A DNA stretch of 64,000 bases from Candidatus Gottesmanbacteria bacterium (GTDB taxonomy: Bacteria; Patescibacteriota; Microgenomatia; UBA10105; UBA927), in the NCBI GenBank assembly GCA_963701185.1, contig OY969569.1, positions 859,548 to 923,547 of the forward strand. Reading direction: 5' to 3'. Below are positions 16,816-26,437 of this stretch, piece by piece (position 1 is the first letter of the stretch; the number at the start of each line of letters is the position of its first letter). Made by a program: the position numbers and the translations under genes. The notes beneath the pieces are model-generated. The model did no database searches. It worked only from the letters and a program-made list of their open reading frames with translations, and was not told where the DNA came from.

Positions 16816-18255
16816 TTAGTATTTAGTCTCATAGTATGTACTACTAGCACTCCCTTTTTGTTTAATTAAACCGAAGCTTACAAGTTTATTTAAATCGTTA
16901 ATTATTGTAGCCCTAGAACTATCGGGAAAAAGTCCTTGACATTCTCTAGAAGTAAGGTGCTTCTTCTCCAGAAGTACGTTCCAGATCATAATTTGTCGTT
17001 CGTTCAGCCCTTTAAATTTTTTTCCAAGTAAAATTACTCTAAAAGTATTTGACATATTTTTGAATATTGGATCTAACAAACCCCATTCAGACATTTTAGA
17101 AAATACTATATCTATTCCTCTTCCATATTCTTCTAAATAATCCATATCTTTAAGAATTTGAGCAATTATTTCGTTTCTACTGAATTGGGAGTCCTTTATA
17201 TTTTCTATTGTTACCCCAGGAGGAAGATTCCCCGGGTTGGAGATTTCCAGTCTATTTGAAAAAATATTAACTTGTGTATAAGTTTCTGTAATCATATAAT
17301 CTCTGTGAATAACTGCATTAGCGATAAGTTCGCGAATCGCATTTTCAGGATATTCGTACTGCTCAACTCGTTTAGTTCCTATAATTTTTGCACTCAATTC
17401 GATATTTCGTAGAATAAATTTCTGCATCATTTCAATGTGCTGATCCAGTGTTCCGTTTACATCTAATTTATCTACAATTGGGCTTGCAACAGAATCACCT
17501 TGGTATCTGACACATCGGACAATATATCTTGAAAAGGATTTTATTTTTTGAGGAATATATTTTGAAAAAATAAGATAGCCGCCTACTGTTGGGAATGTTC
17601 CATCTTCATATTCATCTGTTATTCCTAAGTTCCGCATTACTTCTTGTGAGGGGTGATTATTAACAGTTCCAATTCTGCCAGATTTAACAGCACTTTTTGT
17701 TAAAAAATCTTGAATTTTTTCTTTAGCAAGTTGATCAATTGTTGTACCTAAAGCTTTTGTCCTGTCAAACTTAAAAACCGAAGTATTTCTGATAAAATCC
17801 CGCATTTCTTCATCTGTGATTACTCTGTCAGTATTTCCTTCTCTGATGCAAGCACCTCGTGGAAGACTAAGATTATATAAATAGCATGGTTTCTTTTCAT
17901 CTGGTGTCTCATCGATAAATAAAGCTAATAAAGAGCGCCCACGATAAGAGAAGACTCGGAGATCGTAGCTTCCTACATTCCTCATCCCTTCATTCAAAAG
18001 AGAAACAATTTTTTCCTGAAGTATGGCTAAATCAAGACCACCTATGAAGTTTAATGTCCCAGACGGTCTGTTTTCTTTTACTCCAAAGATAATTACGCCC
18101 CCTTTGGGTCTATGTGAAAATGAGGATACCGGTTTCCAAAGATCACCGGGTATTCCCCCTCTTGCATCTTTGAATTCTATATTTGTTGTTTCAGTGCGAT
18201 TTGTTTCTGCCTTTTGTATTAGATTAAGAAGTTCGTCATCTGTCATGTTAATCAT
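16816..18255 (-). CDS. AlbA_2/Schlafen-like divergent-AAA ATP-binding protein with C-terminal HTH (RecG-C-terminal-like regulator family)
   Basis: N-terminal IEFKDARGG...GGVIIFGV block; central HATPase-like region; C-terminal wHTH; markedly AT-rich versus flanks. Confidence 0.45.
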   Translation of the reverse strand: MINMTDDELLNLIQKAETNRTETTNIEFKDARGGIPGDLWKPVSSFSHRPKGGVIIFGVKENRPSGTLNFIGGLDLAILQEKIVSLLNEGMRNVGSYDLRVFSYRGRSLLALFIDETPDEKKPCYLYNLSLPRGACIREGNTDRVITDEEMRDFIRNTSVFKFDRTKALGTTIDQLAKEKIQDFLTKSAVKSGRIGTVNNHPSQEVMRNLGITDEYEDGTFPTVGGYLIFSKYIPQKIKSFSRYIVRCVRYQGDSVASPIVDKLDVNGTLDQHIEMMQKFILRNIELSAKIIGTKRVEQYEYPENAIRELIANAVIHRDYMITETYTQVNIFSNRLEISNPGNLPPGVTIENIKDSQFSRNEIIAQILKDMDYLEEYGRGIDIVFSKMSEWGLLDPIFKNMSNTFRVILLGKKFKGLNERQIMIWNVLLEKKHLTSRECQGLFPDSSRATIINDLNKLVSFGLIKQKGSASSTYYETKY

Positions 18256-18349
18256 ATGTCATATTCTATCACTTTATTTCCTTACATCTCAGTGATAGAT
18301 ATTCGGTAAGAAAAGGGGTTCTAGGTTGGTGGTATTCTCCAAACGTCAA

Positions 18350-18358
18350 TGGTATAAT
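18350..18358 (+). promoter_or_regulatory. Extended -10 promoter TGGTATAAT for tRNA-Asn
   Basis: TGnTATAAT 19 nt upstream of the tRNA 5' end. Confidence 0.5.
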
Positions 18359-18376
18359 GTTTACGTTCCTTAATAT

Positions 18377-18630
18377 TCCCCTGTAGCTCAACGGTAGAGC
18401 GGCTTCCTGTTAAAAAGGCAGCTTTCCGTAGTAATACGGATTGAAAAATCGGGCTAATTCGGGGGACTCCCGACGTAATGTCGGGATTATCCCGAGCTAA
18501 TAAAAATGTGTAGAGACTATATACCCGAGTCTCGATCTTTTGATCGGACATGAGATAGTCCAGTCCTTTTGGTAACAAGAGGGGTTCTGTAAGAAGAAGG
18601 TTGGAGGTTCGAATCCTCCCGGGGGAGCCA
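18377..18630 (+). tRNA. tRNA-Asn (anticodon GTT) interrupted in the anticodon loop by a ~179-nt intron
   Basis: 5' exon TCCCCTGTAGCTCAACGGTAGAGCGGCTTCCTGT(T); 3' exon (T)AAGAAGAAGGTTGGAGGTTCGAATCCTCCCGGGGGAGCCA; joined exons give a canonical 75-nt tRNA-Asn with loop CTGTTAA, G73 and CCA. Confidence 0.75.
18411..18590 (+). ncRNA. Putative self-splicing (group I-like) intron in the tRNA-Asn anticodon loop, position 35/36-37
   Basis: At least six perfect hairpins; upstream exon ends in U; intron begins AAAAAGGCAG, which can pair with exon CUGUU as a P1/IGS helix with U.G; intron can end in G (CUG|U). Confidence 0.5.
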
Positions 18631-18676
18631 GTAAGAAATAACCTCATGGTCTTGCGTTCCCATTGTTATTTTTACT

Positions 18677-19789
18677 ATGATGGAGATGATGGGTGAATCC
18701 ACTTTTTTCCACAATAAATTTTTGACAGCCTTTTTGATTATTGTCGGAGTTATTATACTTCTTGCCGCATACTTTATATTCGTCCCTCAAAGAATGCGTG
18801 GTGGTCCGAGACCTGCCGGTTGGGGACAGCGGTCCGGTGACATGGAACAGTATTCTCTCGACACTCTCAAGCCCAAAGTAAAACCTCCTGCCCAGAAAAT
18901 CTCTGTGTATAAAGGTTTTTGGATGCCCTGCTCCTTTATGGATGATTCCTGCCAACCAATGAATGATCCAAAAATATTACAAGCTGCAGGAGCAAACATC
19001 GTAGGTATCGCTCCAAATATTGTCATTAACGAAAAGGGTGAAATTAACGCGTTGCCTTTGGACTATTTGGATAAGCGTCTCAATGAGCTGACTGAGCGGT
19101 ATTACAAAGCCGGTATAAGAGTTTTTATGTCGCCGGAGCTTGATTATACGACCGACTTACACAGTAGGTCCCGCGGTGAGCCGCGGCCGATTCCGAAAGA
19201 TATTGCGGCAAGACCGGGTTTTATGGACAAATATAATGTATTGGTCGAAGATTTAGCAAAATTAGCGGAAAAATATCAATTTGAGTTTTTTTCACCGCTC
19301 AACGAAGCAGACATGAAACTGGGGCCTGGAGTGGCATCAGCGTGGGGTCAGGAAATATTGCCGAAAATAAAGGAGAGATATAAGGGAAAAGTATTATGGA
19401 AAGTGGGACTGGGTGTCGGCTCGGAAATGCAGCAGATTAATTTTAAAGGGTACGATATGCTGGGAATTGACTTTACCGCATCCGGAGGAGATGAGGCGCA
19501 GAGTTTGTCCTCGTTTCCATCTATCGTAACAAACGCAATTGAGAATGCCAGAAGGATTGCCAACAGAGACGGCGTTTCCCAAGTACTATTGGCCGAAGTG
19601 GGCGTGTGGGGCGGGGCATTGCGTTTCAGCGAAGAAGGGAAGGCGAGAATTCATGATATCATCTTTGAGCAAGGGAAAGGAATTGTGAGTGGATTTATTA
19701 TTCTCGATCCGCCGGCAGATTTAGGAGGATGGACGATAAAGAATTCTACATCATTAGAAGAAATAAAAACGTGGTTTGGAAAGCTATGA
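18677..19789 (+). CDS. Membrane-anchored putative glycoside hydrolase-like (TIM-barrel) protein
   Basis: N-terminal TM; alternating beta/alpha pattern with conserved acidic residues (NEAD, LAEVG); weak call. Confidence 0.3.
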   Translation: MMEMMGESTFFHNKFLTAFLIIVGVIILLAAYFIFVPQRMRGGPRPAGWGQRSGDMEQYSLDTLKPKVKPPAQKISVYKGFWMPCSFMDDSCQPMNDPKILQAAGANIVGIAPNIVINEKGEINALPLDYLDKRLNELTERYYKAGIRVFMSPELDYTTDLHSRSRGEPRPIPKDIAARPGFMDKYNVLVEDLAKLAEKYQFEFFSPLNEADMKLGPGVASAWGQEILPKIKERYKGKVLWKVGLGVGSEMQQINFKGYDMLGIDFTASGGDEAQSLSSFPSIVTNAIENARRIANRDGVSQVLLAEVGVWGGALRFSEEGKARIHDIIFEQGKGIVSGFIILDPPADLGGWTIKNSTSLEEIKTWFGKL

Positions 19790-20193
19790 AAAATTTATGG
19801 ATAGCCATGGCTATTCTGATTGCCTTCGTCGTAGGGTATAGTGCCGGAAATCTTATTCCTTTTACCGGGTTTGCGTTTGCCGGAAAGAGCATAGAAGGTA
19901 CTGCGAAACTGGAAGTGAAACTGGTTCTGGACAACGGAATGCCCATCCCAAAAATTGAGGTTGATGTTGCAGATAAAACAGGCCCGCCGCCAAAAGGAGG
20001 GGTTGCGGTCACTGACGATAACGGTGTCGCCACTTTCAATATCAAACCCGGCAGTTACGTTATTTATTTTAACCTAGGCACGTTTCCTAAAAATCTTGAT
20101 TGGCCCCAAGGAGGGCCGGTAACTAGTATTCAGGTTTCAGATGGTGCTGTGAATCAAAAGATTCTTGTGTTGAAAGCAAAAAAAGGGAGTTAG
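19786..20193 (+). CDS. Membrane-anchored protein with Ig/carboxypeptidase-regulatory-like beta domain
   Basis: TM anchor; VTDDNGVATFNIKPGSYVIY beta-sandwich signature; ATGA overlap with the upstream gene. Confidence 0.35.
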   Translation: MKNLWIAMAILIAFVVGYSAGNLIPFTGFAFAGKSIEGTAKLEVKLVLDNGMPIPKIEVDVADKTGPPPKGGVAVTDDNGVATFNIKPGSYVIYFNLGTFPKNLDWPQGGPVTSIQVSDGAVNQKILVLKAKKGS

Positions 20194-20268
20194 GTTTCTG
20201 GTTTTGCAATTTTTTATTTCCTCCCACCGTTGCCTCATTTCACCAAAAGTTTTTGCTATACTGGTTCT

Positions 20269-20463
20269 ATGGGAATCATTAAGACGGAAGCAACATTAAC
20301 GTGTCCTAAGTGTGGCAAAGAACAATCAGTTACTATGCCCACCGATGCCTGTCAACACTTTTATAGGTGTATCCACTGTGGAGAAATGCTGAAACCCAAG
20401 GATGGTGATTGTTGTGTGTTTTGTTCTTATGCCGACAGCAAATGTCCGCCGAAGCAAATTTAA
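20269..20463 (+). CDS. Small Cys-rich zinc-ribbon protein
   Basis: CPKCG...CxxxxxCxHCG...GDCCVFCSYADSKCPP; extended -10 TGCTATACT at 20244-20252. Confidence 0.45.
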   Translation: MGIIKTEATLTCPKCGKEQSVTMPTDACQHFYRCIHCGEMLKPKDGDCCVFCSYADSKCPPKQI

Positions 20464-20465
20464 AT

Positions 20466-21185
20466 ATGCCTGCCACATCTTTCAAATACGCGTATCTTAT
20501 CGCAAACATCTTCTTTTTTGCAGTTTGGCTTTTTATCTTCCGGCGGGCCAAAAAATTGCGAAAGCCCATGCTTATCATGAGCCTGATTACCGCTTCATTT
20601 GGTCCTATTTCCGAGTTTTGGTATTTTGCTGATTATTGGAAACCGGCAATTGCGCTCCCTCTGCCAATCGGCGGGGTTGAGGATTTGCTTTTTGGCTTCT
20701 CCATCGGCGGGATTGGTGCGTTTGCGTATGAGTCGCTGTTTGTACGGGGTATCTGTAAGTGCGAAGAAAAGAAACTGAAACGCGAGTGGTTTTTGTTCGT
20801 GTTTTTTGCAGTCGTTGGTGTTTTAATGATCGTCCTCAATAATCTTTTAGGGCTAAACTCAATTTTTGCCAGCTCAATCGGAATGATTGTTGTTGCAATA
20901 ATTATGCTTTATATACGGCCGGATTTGATTCCGAATGCACTGGGATCGGCGCTTATGGTTGCCGGTGTGATGTTTGCTATCTATTTTGTAGGACAGGAAG
21001 TATTTCCGGGCGGTCATGCCTGGATGCTCCGTATATGGAAATTATCCAATACGCCTGAGGGGATCATTATTTTTAAGCATATACCATGGACGGAAATGCT
21101 CTGGGGGCTTTCATGGGGACTTGTCTGGGGTCCGATGTATGAATTTCTCGTGGGAGCACGGACGATGACGTTTCGAAAGAAGTAA
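20466..21185 (+). CDS. Polytopic membrane protein, hypothetical
   Basis: 6-7 TM helices. Confidence 0.4.
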   Translation: MPATSFKYAYLIANIFFFAVWLFIFRRAKKLRKPMLIMSLITASFGPISEFWYFADYWKPAIALPLPIGGVEDLLFGFSIGGIGAFAYESLFVRGICKCEEKKLKREWFLFVFFAVVGVLMIVLNNLLGLNSIFASSIGMIVVAIIMLYIRPDLIPNALGSALMVAGVMFAIYFVGQEVFPGGHAWMLRIWKLSNTPEGIIIFKHIPWTEMLWGLSWGLVWGPMYEFLVGARTMTFRKK

Positions 21186-21235
21186 CAGACGGAATAAACT
21201 GTTACGTTTTTCATCTTCCCCCGTTATAGTAGTAT

Positions 21236-21805
21236 ATGAACAAAAAATCTCTTCTGTTCTTCGTCGTGGGGTTCCTGTTAGCTTTCAGCCCGACAATGGT
21301 GTTTGCCAAAGATCGGAATACCGGTCATTTTGGAGATTTTAATCTGACTCGATTTTTTTCATCCGACCGCTCGGATGATAAAACTGTCGGCGGCAAGCAC
21401 GAACAAAACTTTTTTGGCCCCATTTCAGCGATGGGTACAGACGCTATTACCGTCAATGGACAGGTAATCACGCTTAACTGTGCAGGCATCAATACGGAAT
21501 CACGCGGAGTCTTAACCGTAGGTCAGTCTGTTCATGTCAATACCAGAGTAGTCGGCGACACGTTCTGTGCAAAAGAAATCAACCTTCGGGAGACTGATGA
21601 AACTGATGAAAATGAAAAAACTGATGAAAATGAGAAAGGTCCGTCGGGGGCAACAGGAATAATCGGTCCGACGGGAACCACAGGTGCGACCGGAACGACC
21701 GGCGCCACCGGGGCATCAGGAGCAACCGGCTCAACCGGCGCCACCGGAATGACAGTGGAAAACCTGTTGCAACTTATCTTGAATTTCCTCCAGTCACACC
21801 GCTAA
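21236..21805 (+). CDS. Secreted collagen-like (GxT triplet-repeat) protein
   Basis: Signal peptide; [14 protein letters not shown] acidic repeat; 15 G-x-T/G-x-S triplets. Confidence 0.6.
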   Translation: MNKKSLLFFVVGFLLAFSPTMVFAKDRNTGHFGDFNLTRFFSSDRSDDKTVGGKHEQNFFGPISAMGTDAITVNGQVITLNCAGINTESRGVLTVGQSVHVNTRVVGDTFCAKEINLRETDETDENEKTDENEKGPSGATGIIGPTGTTGATGTTGATGASGATGSTGATGMTVENLLQLILNFLQSHR

Positions 21806-21887
21806 GAATCAGCCGGGGCAATTCTTACCCCTCCCTGACGTCTTGTGTTTGGTATCCTATAATTGTATACTACTATCCCACACCTCT

Positions 21888-22658
21888 ATGGATTTACCGA
21901 AAACCGGCATTATCTATCTGTATGAAAGGACGCAAACCGCACCGGCATATGCAGTGCCGATCAAAGAGATTCGTCCAGGACGATCGGTGTTCGGGGTAAG
22001 ATGGAGAAAAGTGGCTGCGTTGGTACTGCTCGCTGTTACCATCGACGGGCTTATCATTTCGTACTACCCCAGGGTTACGCTGGAGGCCAGGTACGTTCTG
22101 AGCCAGGCAAGAAATAAAATTTTTGATGCAGCTACTCCCGTCAGGATTGCGGCTTCGCCGAACAAACCGGTGATTGACCCGCTGAAAACCGCCAACGGGT
22201 CGGTGATACGTCCGGTCAACACCGATTTTGCCATAGTCGTTCCCAAGATCGGGATCAATGCGCCGATTACGGCGGGTGTCGATCCGACCAACCCCAAGGA
22301 ATATACGAAGGTGCTGGATACAGCAGTGGCACAATCTTCAACAAGCTTTACACCGGACAAATCAGGCACGGTGTATCTGTTTTCCCACTCGACGAATTAT
22401 GACTGGTTTGTCAATGATTTAAATGCGGTATTTTACCTTCTAAAAAATTTAGAGCACGGGGATTATATTGTGCTTTTTTACAAAGGCGTCCGCTACACAT
22501 ACCGGCTGACCGAAAAACGGATCGTACAGCCGGGTGAAATTTCGTATTTGGTTCCGCAGGTCGGCAAAAGAAACCTTATTCTTCAAACATGTTGGCCGCC
22601 GGGGAGTGTTAGTGAACGACTACTTCTTTTTGCCGATTTGGTTGAAGAACAAAAATAA
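21888..22658 (+). CDS. Sortase family transpeptidase
   Basis: N-terminal TM; C-terminal LILQTCWP active-site Cys (TLxTC-like) and conserved His/Arg spacing. Confidence 0.55.
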   Translation: MDLPKTGIIYLYERTQTAPAYAVPIKEIRPGRSVFGVRWRKVAALVLLAVTIDGLIISYYPRVTLEARYVLSQARNKIFDAATPVRIAASPNKPVIDPLKTANGSVIRPVNTDFAIVVPKIGINAPITAGVDPTNPKEYTKVLDTAVAQSSTSFTPDKSGTVYLFSHSTNYDWFVNDLNAVFYLLKNLEHGDYIVLFYKGVRYTYRLTEKRIVQPGEISYLVPQVGKRNLILQTCWPPGSVSERLLLFADLVEEQK

Positions 22659-25515
22659 ACAGCAACGGAAGGGGCAGTAGGATAAATCCGAACCACTCAA
22701 GAAGTTGGGGAATAAAAAAGAGTACGACGGAAGAATCGTCGAATCCTGCTGACGGCAACACCCAACCATTCGCCCAATTATTGACCATTACGTGCTCTTT
22801 GATCTCAGTTCCAAATATAAAGGGAAATGTCATATGAAACCAATTTTTAAATTGAGAATCCGATGGTTGAATATAATACGCTTTCCAACCCCGGTGATAC
22901 GCCTGGTTCAGAATCAGCGTGCGCGGTTCTTTTTGGGGTTCTATTGCCACCAGGTAGTATGACGGATTGGGATGGGTTACCCCAATGACGTTTTCAGGAA
23001 CAATTTTTCCTGTTATTCCTGACCCCGATGACTCATGCACTATTTCACGATAAGGGATTTTATAAAACACAATGGATGCAATATCGTTCACCGTTTCCTG
23101 TGTTCCGATTGCGTCGTTTGCAATATACACGGTATAGCCCGATCCGTCGGAAGTCAGGGGCGGCAACACGAGGTAGCTTGCGGTCCATCCGGAAGCGCCG
23201 GGAAGGTAAATTTCAGTTTCGATGTGTTTGGCGGTTTGATTGATAAGGGACAGCATAAGCGGCCGCCCGCTGACGTGGCGGCTGTTGACTACAGCCAAAT
23301 ACCCCTCTTGATGCGTGAGGTTAGGGATGCCGAATGATAAACACCCGCGTTGGTCCGTACTGGTGAAACGCAGGAATTCTCCGTTCCCGGCGTCTCCCGC
23401 TGCCGCCGGGCCGGTTTTTAGTAATCCGCACCTTGTAACGTTCTTTGCAAGTAAATCGTTATGAGCGGTGGCCTCATATCGGAGATTGTTTTTCTTCGGG
23501 ATAGTGATTGTTGCGGTGTGAGTAACATCCGAGATGGTAAGTCCGGTTTGCGACTCCTTAACCGTAAATGTTTTTTCCGCGGGCGTTCTTTTGGTGAATA
23601 GATCCCGGAACGGATACGTATATGTCGCGGTCATTTGTTGGTTCGTGTAATCTCCGAGAGTTTGGAAAGCCACATCGTTGTCGGTCCAGGAGTACGTAGG
23701 GGATACCGCGGGTAAAGCACCGATTAATCGTACAAATGATCGGGAGGTGGGACCGGTGTATTCATACAGCCTCAGTTTGTTGAACGCGTTGAGGAAAGTA
23801 ATTTCAGGTATATGGGAAAGTAAATTTTCGGATTCCGGGATGAGAAGCGCCCGGTCATTACTTTGAGAGATGATGTTTTCATCAAGGATGATATAGCGGA
23901 TGCCGTATTTGGAAAATACAGCTGCAAGCGCCCGGGCGTCTTTACTGTAGAGCGCACGTGACAGTTCCCAGAAGTAATTTTCGTTATAGCTGCTCCACGG
24001 ATCAAAAGCCCTGTCCATGAGCGGTTGTGCGAGCCCATACCAGACAAATCCTGACCCGCGGTAGCCGAAGCGGTACTGTTTCCAGCTCCAGAAGTCCGGT
24101 TGGGGCAGATATGCAGTACGTCCGGACGGATCTAACGATGCCATTCTGGCGAAAAGTTGTTGATATTCGGTAGGAATCTGAAGCCGGAGATTGGGGTAGA
24201 GAAAAGATCCCCTGAATGCCGGGATAGCCTGGCTGATGACACATAGTCCCAGGACTATCATGAAAAGTTTTTTGAACAGTTGGTGGCGTCCGGGGAAAAG
24301 TCCGAGGATCGAATTCATCCCGGAAGCAAGAAGAACGCTATACGCGAAGGCAAATAACAAGCTGAATTTTGTGAACGGGAAGCGGAATGCTTCGGTAAAG
24401 AAAGGTATGCTCCGTTGCAGGAATATTGTGAGTTCTTCAACGAGGGGGGTATTATTGGCTAACAGTACAAAGGCGGCAAGCCAGATGATGGCAAATGCCG
24501 CTGTTTTCCGATAGCGAAAACCAGTATATAGCCCGATGAGCGTCAGAGAGATAAGTGTTCCGGAGAGTGCGGTAACCACAGGATAATTCCACCAGATTTT
24601 CCAGGGGGCAAGCATAAATCCGAATGTGCCGCCGGAGGTCAGGTCGGTAAAATCCAGGCTGAATCCGCGGAGTAAGAGAACATCTGTGAGATCCCCGAAG
24701 ATTTGGTTCCGGCGGAAGACTTCGTCCGTAGACATGAGGTTAATTTTGGCATTGGCAATCACAGGTGCATTGCCCGGTAATCCCGCTATATACGGAAGGA
24801 GCCAAAACGCATTGATGAGTAAAAACGTGATTGACGCAAAAACAATGTTTTTCCAATAACGCCTGCTGTCTCTCAGTAGATAAGTGAGAGAAATAACGCC
24901 CAGGAGTAATACAACGGGAAGACCCAGCGTGGTGACAAAAAATTGCGGGGTTGTCAGGAATGAAACCAGCATAAATAAGCCGAGGGCTTTCCGGCTATGT
25001 GTTTCAATAAGTTGGATGAGTGAGAGTGCAAGCCACGGGAGAGCGGCAAAATGAACAGAGAATGCTTCCAGGGGTGTATAAAACATTTGTATCGTTGCAG
25101 GATTTAAGAGGTAGAAGAGACTTCCTATAAACGCAAGCGGCTCCGCATGTGTTTGTTTTGAAAAAAGTTTTTTCAATACAGTATATGCCCCCACTCCTCC
25201 CAGGAAATGCATGAGGAAAGTGAATACGTACCGTAAGGTGTTTTGCGGCAGGAAGAGCGACAGTGTCCATACCAATGCCGTATGCGGAAGATTGGCAATA
25301 TGACTCATGCCGTCATATAAACCAAGTCCACGGTGCTCCTGCCAAACTCCCCATATGCTGCGTTTGAAATTTTCAAGAAAATTAAACTCGGGTATGACGT
25401 TATCCCAACCGATGAGAAATGTGCCGTGCGTGTAGTTTGCACCGATTAAAAAAAGTTCAATCAGGACTAATCCCAGAAACGGCCAATAGGTAGCCACGAA
25501 CTGTTTGAGCTTCAT
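22609..25515 (-). CDS. Large polytopic membrane protein (968 aa), putative YfhO/AftD-like glycosyltransferase
   Basis: About 14 TM helices in the N-terminal 450 aa, then a large extracytoplasmic domain and a C-terminal TM; next to a GT2 gene. Confidence 0.3.
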   Translation of the reverse strand: MKLKQFVATYWPFLGLVLIELFLIGANYTHGTFLIGWDNVIPEFNFLENFKRSIWGVWQEHRGLGLYDGMSHIANLPHTALVWTLSLFLPQNTLRYVFTFLMHFLGGVGAYTVLKKLFSKQTHAEPLAFIGSLFYLLNPATIQMFYTPLEAFSVHFAALPWLALSLIQLIETHSRKALGLFMLVSFLTTPQFFVTTLGLPVVLLLGVISLTYLLRDSRRYWKNIVFASITFLLINAFWLLPYIAGLPGNAPVIANAKINLMSTDEVFRRNQIFGDLTDVLLLRGFSLDFTDLTSGGTFGFMLAPWKIWWNYPVVTALSGTLISLTLIGLYTGFRYRKTAAFAIIWLAAFVLLANNTPLVEELTIFLQRSIPFFTEAFRFPFTKFSLLFAFAYSVLLASGMNSILGLFPGRHQLFKKLFMIVLGLCVISQAIPAFRGSFLYPNLRLQIPTEYQQLFARMASLDPSGRTAYLPQPDFWSWKQYRFGYRGSGFVWYGLAQPLMDRAFDPWSSYNENYFWELSRALYSKDARALAAVFSKYGIRYIILDENIISQSNDRALLIPESENLLSHIPEITFLNAFNKLRLYEYTGPTSRSFVRLIGALPAVSPTYSWTDNDVAFQTLGDYTNQQMTATYTYPFRDLFTKRTPAEKTFTVKESQTGLTISDVTHTATITIPKKNNLRYEATAHNDLLAKNVTRCGLLKTGPAAAGDAGNGEFLRFTSTDQRGCLSFGIPNLTHQEGYLAVVNSRHVSGRPLMLSLINQTAKHIETEIYLPGASGWTASYLVLPPLTSDGSGYTVYIANDAIGTQETVNDIASIVFYKIPYREIVHESSGSGITGKIVPENVIGVTHPNPSYYLVAIEPQKEPRTLILNQAYHRGWKAYYIQPSDSQFKNWFHMTFPFIFGTEIKEHVMVNNWANGWVLPSAGFDDSSVVLFFIPQLLEWFGFILLPLPLLFIFVLQPNRQKEVVVH

Positions 25516-26435
25516 ATGAACGAGAATGCATAGCGAATGATTGCGGGTAAGGACAGGCGGAAGCGGACGGGTTTAAATCGCAGGTGAAACCGGAATTTTT
25601 TCATACCCCTGGCATGTAAATAGAGCGGTAACAGGAATGAACTCGGTAACACAAAGGCGACGCAGTACTGGACCAAAAACATCGGGATTGCGCGCATGGG
25701 GAACGTATAATTCAATTTTTTAACAGCCTGAAGTCTGATGCGGCTGATGGTTAAGAATCGACCCCGCAGATTTTCCAGTGAACTGTTTGCCCCGTGAATG
25801 CGGTAGGAGAAAAGTAATTCCCCAATATTGGCAAACTTACCGTAACTGAGAAGATTGAACAGAGTATAGTAATCACTGTTAACGCCAAATTGCGTGTGGT
25901 AGAGATAGTCGCGATGGGGTAGTAGATTGCGCCTGATCATACACGATGGGTGGATAATCGGGTTGACGAGTGCAAATGCTTTATAAATACTCTGATGATC
26001 GCAGGGGTAAATTTTTGCTCCGGTTGTTCTGCCTCTTCCATCGATAATTTTAGCATTGGTGCCGACGAGAATGACGTCCGGGTGTGACTCCAGAAAGTTT
26101 ACTTCTTTCTCAAGCCGCTGCGGGTGGCTGATATCATCGGCGTCCATAGGTGCGATATATGCGCCTTTCACTATCGGGAACAGGAGATTCGCCGCCGCAA
26201 ATGCACCGGTTTGTTCCGGCTTCCGGTATATGCGGATGTTATCAGGATATTTTTGTTTGATTGTATTGAGGATTTTCCACGTGTCGTCGGTGGAACCGTC
26301 ATCGATGACCAGCAGTTCAAAGTTCCGGTAGGTTTGACACATGATGCTCTCAATGGCAGATTTCACGAAGCGGGACCCGTTGTGAATGGGCATAAGGACT
26401 GATACAAGCGGTGGGGAATAGCTTCGCCCTGCCAT
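25512..26435 (-). CDS. Glycosyltransferase family 2
   Basis: VLMPIHNG...LVIDDGSTDDT...DADD motifs; 4-bp overlap with the downstream gene. Confidence 0.75.
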   Translation of the reverse strand: MAGRSYSPPLVSVLMPIHNGSRFVKSAIESIMCQTYRNFELLVIDDGSTDDTWKILNTIKQKYPDNIRIYRKPEQTGAFAAANLLFPIVKGAYIAPMDADDISHPQRLEKEVNFLESHPDVILVGTNAKIIDGRGRTTGAKIYPCDHQSIYKAFALVNPIIHPSCMIRRNLLPHRDYLYHTQFGVNSDYYTLFNLLSYGKFANIGELLFSYRIHGANSSLENLRGRFLTISRIRLQAVKKLNYTFPMRAIPMFLVQYCVAFVLPSSFLLPLYLHARGMKKFRFHLRFKPVRFRLSLPAIIRYAFSFI

Positions 26436-26437
26436 TT

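Noticed and set aside
18321-18955. Minus-strand ORFs 18321-18647, 18517-18714 and 18644-18955
   Set aside because: Antisense to the tRNA-Asn/intron and to the 5' end of the 18677 gene; no support
21590-21760. Short tandem DNA repeats (ACTGATGAAAATGA..., GGNGCNACCGGN...)
   Set aside because: They encode the acidic DETDENEK and collagen-like GxT repeats of a CDS; not a CRISPR array or satellite
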